A stretch of DNA of 45,446 nt from an uncultured Spirochaetaceae bacterium (GTDB lineage Bacteria > Spirochaetota > Spirochaetia > SZUA-6 > DRHE01): NCBI GenBank assembly GCA_964495755.1, contig CAZBXU010000004.1, forward strand, positions 1-45,446, read 5' to 3'. The position numbers and the translations under genes were made by a program. Positions 38,117 through 45,446 of the stretch are shown here, one piece after another (the stretch's first letter is position 1; each line of letters starts with the position of its first letter). The notes beneath the pieces are model-generated. The model was not told the DNA's origin. It saw only the letters and a list, made by a program, of their open reading frames with translations, and ran no database searches.

Positions 38117-38530
38117 ATGAGAACGGCGGTTGTTTTTTTTGCCACGAATGCCAGGGATCGAATATTGAATATTGCCCGTTCCCTTGCCAGAGGAATCGAG
38201 TCACAGGGCCATCAGGTGGATATCATCGACGGGAATCACGATGTAAACGCCAAGTTGACCATGTATCAGTATATTACTGTGGGTACCGAGCCTCTGTCGA
38301 ACTTCAGCGGCAAGGTCCCTGACAAGGTCGGTCATTACTTGAACTCTTCGGGGATGGTGGCCGGTAAGAGATGTTTCGCCTTCGTTACCAAGAATGTATT
38401 CGGCGCGGCAAAAGCCCTCTCCCGGCTGATGAAGGGCATGGAAAAGGAGGGAATGTTTCTGAAGTATTCCGCTATCCTCAACAGCCCTCTGGAAGCCGAG
38501 GAAATCGGCAAACGCTTACACATAAAGTAA
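38117..38530 (+). CDS. flavodoxin-fold protein with atypical FMN loop
   Basis: AVVFF...IARSLARGIESQGHQVD...Y.YI.VG...GK..FAF...AEEIGKRL; GAGG RBS. Confidence 0.7.
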   Translation: MRTAVVFFATNARDRILNIARSLARGIESQGHQVDIIDGNHDVNAKLTMYQYITVGTEPLSNFSGKVPDKVGHYLNSSGMVAGKRCFAFVTKNVFGAAKALSRLMKGMEKEGMFLKYSAILNSPLEAEEIGKRLHIK

Positions 38531-38538
38531 CTTGAGAG

Positions 38539-39309
38539 TCATTCCTTCCAGGGAAAGATCATCCCCTTCAGCGTTCTCTTTCCAACCCGCTCCCGATCAT
38601 CGGTCAGGAGAGCGTCCCAGGGAATATTCCGGCGGGCATCTGGGTGTTCCTCCAGGTGATCATACTTATACATCCGAAGCTTGAGAGCAACATTCCACCA
38701 GAGAAATATCGAGGTTATCCCGGGCAGCAGGAAAGCGGTGAAGGCGGAGATCGCAAAGGTAATCACCGTACCGATGAACAAGCCGACGGTGAACAGCGGG
38801 TTGTCCAAGAGAAGAAGAAACATTTTCTTTATTATCTTTCTAAAGTTCTTGTCCAATCTAGCCTGAACGGAGAAGAAATACTGAAAGGCGAGAACCCAAA
38901 AAATCAACACCCAAAAGAGAAACGAGGAGGCAAGAGGTCCGACAAACGACTGGATTCCCCCATACACCCTAAAGGCGATCTGAAAAAGAATCACGAGAAC
39001 TAGATTGATCAGGGCAAACAACAGGCTGGTGGGATAGGTGGCCTTCAGAACCGGGAGGAAATCTTTGAACTCCGGTTTAGTGTAATCCGCGATAGCCGCC
39101 GTCATTGTGCTGATTACGCCGGAATACGCGAACAGAATGGCCATTCCAATGCCCATCGCGATAAAAAAGAGTACGGGGACGTCGCGAAACAGCAGAGGAA
39201 AGTATATAATAACGGCGAAGCAAAGGATGAATCCCAGATTCAATATCACGATACGTATTAGATTGTCCCACATGTCGAAGAAGGACTTTTTTATCAGAAA
39301 TCCAAACAT
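38539..39309 (-). CDS. integral membrane hypothetical protein (DUF624/YesL-like)
   Basis: ~5-6 TM segments; FFDMWDNL...N; C-terminal RTLKGMIFPWKE. Confidence 0.8.
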   Translation of the reverse strand: MFGFLIKKSFFDMWDNLIRIVILNLGFILCFAVIIYFPLLFRDVPVLFFIAMGIGMAILFAYSGVISTMTAAIADYTKPEFKDFLPVLKATYPTSLLFALINLVLVILFQIAFRVYGGIQSFVGPLASSFLFWVLIFWVLAFQYFFSVQARLDKNFRKIIKKMFLLLLDNPLFTVGLFIGTVITFAISAFTAFLLPGITSIFLWWNVALKLRMYKYDHLEEHPDARRNIPWDALLTDDRERVGKRTLKGMIFPWKE

Positions 39310-39314
39310 GCTTC

Positions 39315-39343
39315 AAATTACCACAAAATAGGCTATGCGGCAA
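39315..39343 (-). promoter_or_regulatory. sigma70-type promoter, leaderless geometry
   Basis: TTGCCG-17-TAATTT with TG extension, 5 nt before ATG 39309. Confidence 0.55.
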
Positions 39344-39384
39344 GATAGCTGAGATATACCAACATATGTTTAGACGAATTCACC

Positions 39385-39413
39385 TTGACAATACTATCAT
39401 CATCATGTATACT
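39385..39413 (+). promoter_or_regulatory. near-consensus sigma70 promoter upstream of J-domain gene
   Basis: TTGACA-17-TATACT. Confidence 0.75.
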
Positions 39414-39517
39414 TCCGAAAAATAAGTAATTCATCACGGTCGAAATGCGGCTCGGGGAGAACTCAATTCTTGAGCGTGTGTGGAATTTCCACTCCTAGAA
39501 GGTGAGAGCGGTCAGAG

Positions 39518-40327
39518 TTGGTAAACTACTACGAGGTTTTAGGTCTAGATCCCGTTTGTTCGACGGGCGAAATCAAGCGTTCTTTCCGAAAAAGGGCGAA
39601 AGAGCTACATCCTGACTTAAAGTACGCAAACCGCCAGTACTCCGATGAGAAAATGCGGAACTTGCTGGCAGCCTACGAAACGCTCAGCAATCCCCAAAAA
39701 CGCAGTGCCTACGATCGTGCCTTTGCTATTCACTTCTCCAAGCCGAGGTTCAACTATCGGGAGTATCTGCGGAGTCGATCCGACGATTTGATCTCCCAAT
39801 CAAAGCTCATCTTCTACCACCTTCTCAATTCGGAGGCCAACGAGGCTCTTCAACTGTACGATTCCCTGTCCCAATCCAGGTCTGACTTTTCTCTGGAACG
39901 CTGTTTGGGCAGAGAAGACTATATGGACTGCGTTTTTCTCATGGCTGAGGCTTTGGAGACAAACGGTGAGTTCATCCGTGCCTCTGAATTGTACAAGCAT
40001 CTGTGTCTTCTTGAGGCGGAACAACCCTATTTCCACCACTTTCTCGACGAAATCATTGAACGGCTGCGGAGTATCACCTGTTTCAAAATGGTAGCCATCC
40101 TGCCGCCGCAAACATCGATCGGTTTCATCGAGGAGCTCATCCGGTTCAATTTTTCCCGCAAGGATAATGCCTTCTTCTACAAAAAAATCGCCGAAATCTA
40201 CTGCTCTTTGGGGCAGATGCACCTCGCCTTGAGCTATCTCGACGAGGGACTGAAGCTCGATCAAAAACTACCCGGAGTGAAAAAGCTGAAAGAAAAGATC
40301 GGCTACACGGGAATTCCCGTGGGTTGA
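39518..40327 (+). CDS. J-domain (class C DnaJ-like) protein with C-terminal TPR-like helices
   Basis: NYYEVLGL, IKRSFRK.AKELHPD, AYETLSNP.KR..YD; TTG start. Confidence 0.9.
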   Translation: MVNYYEVLGLDPVCSTGEIKRSFRKRAKELHPDLKYANRQYSDEKMRNLLAAYETLSNPQKRSAYDRAFAIHFSKPRFNYREYLRSRSDDLISQSKLIFYHLLNSEANEALQLYDSLSQSRSDFSLERCLGREDYMDCVFLMAEALETNGEFIRASELYKHLCLLEAEQPYFHHFLDEIIERLRSITCFKMVAILPPQTSIGFIEELIRFNFSRKDNAFFYKKIAEIYCSLGQMHLALSYLDEGLKLDQKLPGVKKLKEKIGYTGIPVG

Positions 40328-40335
40328 TGCTATAC

Positions 40336-40364
40336 TTGACAGTGCATTCTAAGGTGATTACTTT
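40336..40364 (+). promoter_or_regulatory. sigma70 promoter, leaderless geometry
   Basis: TTGACA-17-TACTTT, 7 nt before ATG 40372. Confidence 0.65.
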
Positions 40365-40371
40365 GGGTGGG

Positions 40372-41427
40372 ATGAAACATATATTACTTCTATCAGCAGT
40401 TCTTCTTCTCGGCTCCCATTCCCTTTTCGCGCAGCTCATCGACAAACCTGTTGCCACGATCAAACTTTCGAAATTCGAGGTCATTTCGGTAAAACAATTC
40501 CGACAACAGATTGAGGACCTCGAGATGAGAACGAAAAACAAACTATCCACCGCTGACCGTAGGAAATTGCTGGATCTGCTGATCAGCGAGATGCTAATCA
40601 CACAGGCTGCGGCCATGGAAAACATTACCGTAACGCAGGGAGAAATAGACTCTCGTATAGCCTTGGCCCGTCAGACCGGCGGTTTGGGTTTAAATTTGAA
40701 TCGGGAGCTAACCGAACAGGAATTCAAACAACTTCTTCAGCAGTCAGGCCTGACCTGGGAACAATACGTGGAGCAGCTGGAGAAGGCTATATTGCAGCAG
40801 AAATACGTCATGCAGAAAAAAAAGGCCTTCTTCGACAAGATCACCCCCCCCTCGGAAGCAGAAATCGAAGATTTCTACGACGCCAATAAAACCGTGTTTG
40901 TGGCTCCGGACATGGCACGCTTCAAGCACATATACATCGATACCCGCAACCTCGCCTCGGCGGATGAAAAGAACAAAGCCAGGACACGGGCTGAGGAGAT
41001 ATATCGAGAGCTGCAAAACGGTGCCTCCTTCGACGATCTGGTGGTGAAGTACTCCGATGACAAGAGTTCTCGTTACAAGGGCGGGGATTTCGGCTACCTG
41101 CGCAGGGATGATAAGGCCCGCAAGCAGCTGCTCGGAAAAGAGTTTTTCGACACTCCCTTCAAGCTGGACCTTGGCCAGGTCAGCGGGGTTCTCCAGTCAA
41201 ATATCGGTTTTCATATCATTCGGGTTACTGAGAAAATTCCTTTCCGGCTTCTCGCTCTGGACGATTCTATTCCGCCCCAAAACAACAGCACCGTGCGGGA
41301 TCAGATCAGTGCTCAGTTGCTGCAGCAGAAGCAGGCGGAGTACTACCAGCAGGCTCTACTCGATCTTCTGGATGAGTTGAAAAAGAAAGCGGAGATACGA
41401 ATCTTCGAAGAAAACCTGTCCTGGTAA
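40372..41427 (+). CDS. surA: SurA-like parvulin peptidyl-prolyl isomerase
   Basis: signal peptide MKHILLL...LFA; SurA N-domain; KHI, FDDLVVKYSDD.S..KGGDFG, S.IGFHIIRV. Confidence 0.85.
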   Translation: MKHILLLSAVLLLGSHSLFAQLIDKPVATIKLSKFEVISVKQFRQQIEDLEMRTKNKLSTADRRKLLDLLISEMLITQAAAMENITVTQGEIDSRIALARQTGGLGLNLNRELTEQEFKQLLQQSGLTWEQYVEQLEKAILQQKYVMQKKKAFFDKITPPSEAEIEDFYDANKTVFVAPDMARFKHIYIDTRNLASADEKNKARTRAEEIYRELQNGASFDDLVVKYSDDKSSRYKGGDFGYLRRDDKARKQLLGKEFFDTPFKLDLGQVSGVLQSNIGFHIIRVTEKIPFRLLALDDSIPPQNNSTVRDQISAQLLQQKQAEYYQQALLDLLDELKKKAEIRIFEENLSW

Positions 41428-41449
41428 TCCTATCGAGCATGTCGAAAGT

Positions 41450-41881
41450 ATGGGCGCCAGAAGAAAAGGGCGAATTCTAGCATTTCAATCCCTGTATTCC
41501 TTCGAGCTGTGTGAAACCGCCAAACAATCACAGATCAATGAGATTCTGGACTTCCCTTGGATGGATACAGGAGGCATGAGTAAATTCAATCAGGAAAGTA
41601 TCGATTTCGGCCGACTCATTGCCAGGGGCACAATAGAGAATCTTCCAGAGGTGGACAGAAATATCACGTCCCAGCTCGAGCACTGGGATTTTTCCAGACT
41701 CAACAAGGTTGATCAGGCCATACTTCGGATCAGTGTATACAGTTTACTCTTTCAAAAAGACATACCACCGTCGGTTACAATAGACGAAGCCGTGGACATA
41801 TCCAAAGACTTCGGTACGGACGAGTCGTACCGCTTCATCAACGGTGTGTTGGACGCAATCCGTAAGAATCTAGAACGTTGA
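41450..41881 (+). CDS. nusB: transcription antitermination factor NusB
   Basis: RRKGRILAFQSLY, W.FSRL..VD.AILR, IDEAVDISK.FG...S.RFINGVLD. Confidence 0.96.
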   Translation: MGARRKGRILAFQSLYSFELCETAKQSQINEILDFPWMDTGGMSKFNQESIDFGRLIARGTIENLPEVDRNITSQLEHWDFSRLNKVDQAILRISVYSLLFQKDIPPSVTIDEAVDISKDFGTDESYRFINGVLDAIRKNLER

Positions 41882-43524
41882 AAAAAATCTCGCGGCTTTG
41901 GTTGTTTCTTCTCCTCATCCTGGTATCCATCGCAATCGGTGCTGGAATCATTTATATTGTCCTCGACAGGAATACAAGGATACCGAGCTTAGTTTCCCAG
42001 GTCGACGCGCTGCTGGCGGACGCGGACTACGAGATATCTCTCGGGTACTACGAAAAGGCCCTGGAGAGCTTGGAACAGGCCCTTAGACGGGCTATAGGAG
42101 AGTACAGCACCCTTCGAATCCTCAAGCGAGTGTACATAATATCATACGATTTAAATGATTTTTTTATATTGAACAAGTTCGCCAAAACCGCGTCCGAGAA
42201 TATTCCCGGCAGTGCGGATCTGGCCCGGATCTATCTATACTCGGCCATTCGCTCAGAAATCAGCGAGAGGGCTCTCAACAGCTTGAAGAAGCAACGCGGG
42301 AATCTGCAGTACCTGCAAGCCGAGGCCTATTTTCGCGGAATCCTGAACACACTCCCCGACCAGAACCAGGACCCCGAGTTGAAAAAGATATTGTCTATAG
42401 TCGCCCTACGGGACCCCTATCAACTTCAACGTCTCGGGACGGAGCTAGACGAGCCTGGAATCCACCTTGATGCAGCGCTTCTGTGGATGGAGGAGGGTGA
42501 CCCGGAGAGTGCATTCGCCCTTGTCAACCGCCACGCAGAGAATCCATTATTTCGGGAACCGAGCATCTACATTTCCTACGATGCCGGCCACGAGGAAATC
42601 TCCCTGATTCACCTGCAATCGCTGAATAAGAATGCGGATCGCGCAGACCTCCTGATCGTGGAAGCCGATCTGAATTTCCTTTTAGACAGAAAAGACGATG
42701 CGCTTCGCCTGTACCAGAATGCTATCACCTCTCACCCCGGTTATGCCTGGACACCCTACCTCAATGTGGCTTTGATCGCAGAGCAAAATGGAGACAGACA
42801 AACGGCGCATCACTTCAAAGAGAAGGCGTATCAGCTCTTTCCAGATGTCGGGGAAGTGGTCTTGGCTTATGCCCGAAGCCTGTCGGTGACAGCAGCAAAC
42901 AGACAGCAGGCCGTAGAGATAGTGCAGAAATATCTCCAGCAGAGAGAGGAGGATTACGAAGCTCAAGCACTTCTACTCGATTTGCAGAACACCGCCTCAT
43001 CTCCTGCCTTATACCAGGCAGCGCTGTGGAAACTGTACAACCAGCATCCGGAGAGTCGGATGCTCTGCGAGCAGCTGTTTTTGTATCTCTTGGAGTTCAA
43101 CGACCTGTCCGGAGCAGATTCGGTGCTGCGTCACTACCAGCTGGCTACGACCAGAACCCAGGAGCCGTGGCTCCTGGACTGCAGGGCAATTCTTGCAGTG
43201 GCCCGCCAAGACTATGGGGAGGCTATCGAGCTGTTCCGAGACAGGTTGGCCCGGGAGGAGAGTTGGCCGGCACGATTCAACCTGGGAATGCTCCTGGCAG
43301 CAGCCAGGCAGCCTGAACAAGCCATCGAAGAGTTGATCGAAGCGGAGAACCTGCTCAGCTCCCGACAAGGATACTTTCAATCCCGCATCCGTTCCCGGAT
43401 CGGAGAACAGTATCTTTCCCTCGGAGATACCGCTGCCGCCCGAAGAGAGTGCGAGTATGCGATTGATTTGGACACCAGCAACTTCCATGCCCATCGGATT
43501 TTAAGAATCCTTGAAGGGGAGTAA
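41878..43524 (+). CDS. membrane-anchored TPR protein
   Basis: N-terminal TM helix, multiple TPR-like repeats; overlaps nusB stop. Confidence 0.82.
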   Translation: MKKISRLWLFLLLILVSIAIGAGIIYIVLDRNTRIPSLVSQVDALLADADYEISLGYYEKALESLEQALRRAIGEYSTLRILKRVYIISYDLNDFFILNKFAKTASENIPGSADLARIYLYSAIRSEISERALNSLKKQRGNLQYLQAEAYFRGILNTLPDQNQDPELKKILSIVALRDPYQLQRLGTELDEPGIHLDAALLWMEEGDPESAFALVNRHAENPLFREPSIYISYDAGHEEISLIHLQSLNKNADRADLLIVEADLNFLLDRKDDALRLYQNAITSHPGYAWTPYLNVALIAEQNGDRQTAHHFKEKAYQLFPDVGEVVLAYARSLSVTAANRQQAVEIVQKYLQQREEDYEAQALLLDLQNTASSPALYQAALWKLYNQHPESRMLCEQLFLYLLEFNDLSGADSVLRHYQLATTRTQEPWLLDCRAILAVARQDYGEAIELFRDRLAREESWPARFNLGMLLAAARQPEQAIEELIEAENLLSSRQGYFQSRIRSRIGEQYLSLGDTAAARRECEYAIDLDTSNFHAHRILRILEGE

Positions 43525-43579
43525 GAAACGTGGTAGTGTTCGAGGAAGTACAGGTCGTCGGTTCGAGCAAGGAGCTATA

Positions 43580-44038
43580 ATGGCCACAAGAAATGATATT
43601 CCGAACAACAGCGTCATCGGGGAAAACTCTGTCTTCGAGGGTCGATTCTACGTGAGCGGATCGATCCTCATCGAAGGCAAGTTCGACGGCGAAATCAAAA
43701 CGGAGGATCAGCTGACCGTCGGTCCAACCGGCAAGGTCAAAACAGATATCTATGCCAGGAAAGTAACAGTCGCAGGCACGCTGATCGGGAACATAACTGC
43801 CTCGGAAGAGGTCGATCTTCTGGAGAACGGCAAAATCCTCGGAAACATCAACACGCCCAAGCTGAATGTTGAGAGTGGTGTGCTCATCCAGGGGATGGTC
43901 ACCATAACCGGCGGACAGTCCGAAAACGTCACACAAGTGATCCGCCAGTCCTTCGGCGAAGAGGTGGAAAGCCTGATATCCTCCACCGAAAGAGCCGTGA
44001 AGAAGGAAAAACCGAAAGAGACGAAACCCGAACCCTAA
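43580..44038 (+). CDS. bactofilin (polymer-forming cytoskeletal protein)
   Basis: SVIGENSVFEG...I.IEGKFDGEI.....L.VG.TG.VK.DI.A..V.VAG...GNI.A...V.L; AAGGAG RBS before ATG 43580. Confidence 0.92.
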   Translation: MATRNDIPNNSVIGENSVFEGRFYVSGSILIEGKFDGEIKTEDQLTVGPTGKVKTDIYARKVTVAGTLIGNITASEEVDLLENGKILGNINTPKLNVESGVLIQGMVTITGGQSENVTQVIRQSFGEEVESLISSTERAVKKEKPKETKPEP

Positions 44039-44041
44039 TAA

Positions 44042-44797
44042 ATGATCAAACTCAAAAACGACACCGAGATTGGGAGGATCCGGGAGTCTGGTTTTATCCT
44101 CTCCGAAACCCTCGAGAAACTTAAAAGCATGATCGACGAGGGTATCACCACGGGCGAGTTGGACAACTTCGCTCGCGATTACATTCGAAGTGTCGGAGCG
44201 GAGCCGGCCTTCCTGGAATACATGAATTTTCCCGCTTCTGTCTGTATTTCCTTGAACGAAGAGGTGATCCACGGAATCCCCGGTAAAAGACGGTTGAAAA
44301 GGGGAGACATGGTCAGCCTCGACTTGGGTGTGAACCTGGGGGGGTATTTTTCCGACGCCGCGATCACCCTGCCGGTGGGGAAAGTAACGCCGGAACGCGA
44401 AAAGCTGATCAGAGTTGCCAGGGAATGCCTGGAATGGGGAATTGAGCAGGCGGCGTGCGGGAATCGGATCAGTCACATATCCGAAGCGATCTACAATCAC
44501 GCCAAGTTGAATGGTTTTAACGTGGTCCGGCAGTACTGCGGTCATGGGGTAGGTTTTGCCCAACACGAAGAACCTCAGATTCCCAATTATGTGTCCCGCG
44601 GTCCGAATCCCAAGCTCAAACCGGGGATGGTCATCGCCTTAGAGCCAATGATCAACAGGGGAACCTGGGAGGTAAAGCTTCTCGACGACAACTGGACAGT
44701 TGTCACGGCGGATCGCAGCGATTCCGCCCATTTTGAGCACACCGTAGCGATCCACAAAGATCACACAGAGATTTTGACCCTCCATCATTCATTGTAA
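44042..44797 (+). CDS. map: type I methionine aminopeptidase
   Basis: CISLNEEVIHGIP, DLG...SD, GHGVG...HEEP, ALEPM, SAHFEHT. Confidence 0.97.
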   Translation: MIKLKNDTEIGRIRESGFILSETLEKLKSMIDEGITTGELDNFARDYIRSVGAEPAFLEYMNFPASVCISLNEEVIHGIPGKRRLKRGDMVSLDLGVNLGGYFSDAAITLPVGKVTPEREKLIRVARECLEWGIEQAACGNRISHISEAIYNHAKLNGFNVVRQYCGHGVGFAQHEEPQIPNYVSRGPNPKLKPGMVIALEPMINRGTWEVKLLDDNWTVVTADRSDSAHFEHTVAIHKDHTEILTLHHSL

Positions 44798-44809
44798 AAA
44801 GTGTGAGAA

Positions 44810-45445
44810 ATGATTAAAAAATTCCTTCCCTGCCGCACATTTCGTAATAATGCCATCAAGCTGGCCTGCCAGATCTACAAATCCGGTTTCATCCCCGATG
44901 TGATCTATGTGTCCCTGCGCGGCGGAGCCTATCTCGGCAATGTGATCAGCGAGTACTTCAAATTCATCCGTCAGGAGGACCGGCCCGTCTATTATGCCGC
45001 CGTCGTTGCCCATTCCTACTCGGATGTCAAGGTGCAGCAGCGCATCAAAGTCGAGGGCTGGACCTATGAACCGGAATACCTACGGCAGGGTGATCGGGTT
45101 CTGCTGGTGGACGACATCTTCGATACGGGACGTACGATCAATCATCTGGTCGACATAATTTTGGAAAAAGGAATCCCGCGCAAAGATATCCGCATTGCGG
45201 TTCACGACTACAAGATCCGAAAATATGCGGGCAAAGAACTTCCCCTGCGCCCCGACTACTACTGCCGAAAACATATCGTAGAAACTGAGCAGGATGATTT
45301 CTGGATCCACTACTGCAGCCACGAGCTGGTCGGGCTGACTCCCGAAGAGAGGGAGAAAATGTATTATGCCGAGGACGAGGAGCTCCGGGAAGCTATGGAG
45401 TTCCTTTTTCAAGAAGCTGGCGAGGATGCCGGCGGGTCAAAATGA
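44810..45445 (+). CDS. type I phosphoribosyltransferase
   Basis: PDVI..SLRGG, PRPP-binding VLLVDDIFDTGRT; stop TGA at 45443-45445. Confidence 0.88.
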   Translation: MIKKFLPCRTFRNNAIKLACQIYKSGFIPDVIYVSLRGGAYLGNVISEYFKFIRQEDRPVYYAAVVAHSYSDVKVQQRIKVEGWTYEPEYLRQGDRVLLVDDIFDTGRTINHLVDIILEKGIPRKDIRIAVHDYKIRKYAGKELPLRPDYYCRKHIVETEQDDFWIHYCSHELVGLTPEEREKMYYAEDEELREAMEFLFQEAGEDAGGSK

Positions 45446-45446
45446 C

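Noticed and set aside
43355-44566. 403-aa minus-strand ORF
   Set aside because: Antisense to bactofilin and map
1-45446. CRISPR arrays, tRNA/rRNA, IS elements, prophage, known riboswitches
   Set aside because: No repeat-spacer periodicity, cloverleaf, transposase/integrase motif or recognisable riboswitch consensus seen by eye; intergenic gaps are short. A covariance-model scan was not possible.

Overview
Gene-dense chromosomal window from a spirochaete (Spirochaetota). The assignment rests on gene-order blocks I recall from Borrelia/Treponema: murI-rsgA-mutS2, uvrA-LptD-like, ybeY-corC-TPR-gap-pgk-tpiA-secG and surA-nusB-TPR-map. About 44 CDSs are supported. I found no rRNA, tRNA, CRISPR array, transposase or integrase. 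From ~8 kb onward the content is mostly housekeeping: ECF transporter, yggS, rluD, murI, rsgA, mutS2, ispH, uvrA, phoH-pgpH-ybeY-corC, glycolysis, secG, surA, nusB, bactofilin, map and a PRTase. The first ~8 kb and 36.2-39.3 kb are accessory-like. Main observations: (i) two candidate small RNAs (~6238-6297 + and ~7773-7840 -), each with its own sigma70-type promoter motif, strand-specific G-U pairs and exposed anti-Shine-Dalgarno (CCUCCUU) sequence, facing inward around three uncharacterised genes; (ii) one of those genes (96 aa) is a stand-alone copy of the N-terminal domain of an apparently inactive HEPN/DUF4145-like protein encoded 30 kb away; (iii) six genes have leaderless-type promoter geometry; (iv) the fused ECF ATPase has one coherently degenerate nucleotide site; (v) a YghO/bacterial ceramide-synthase-like GNAT is present. 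All family calls come from motif recognition by eye, not database searches.
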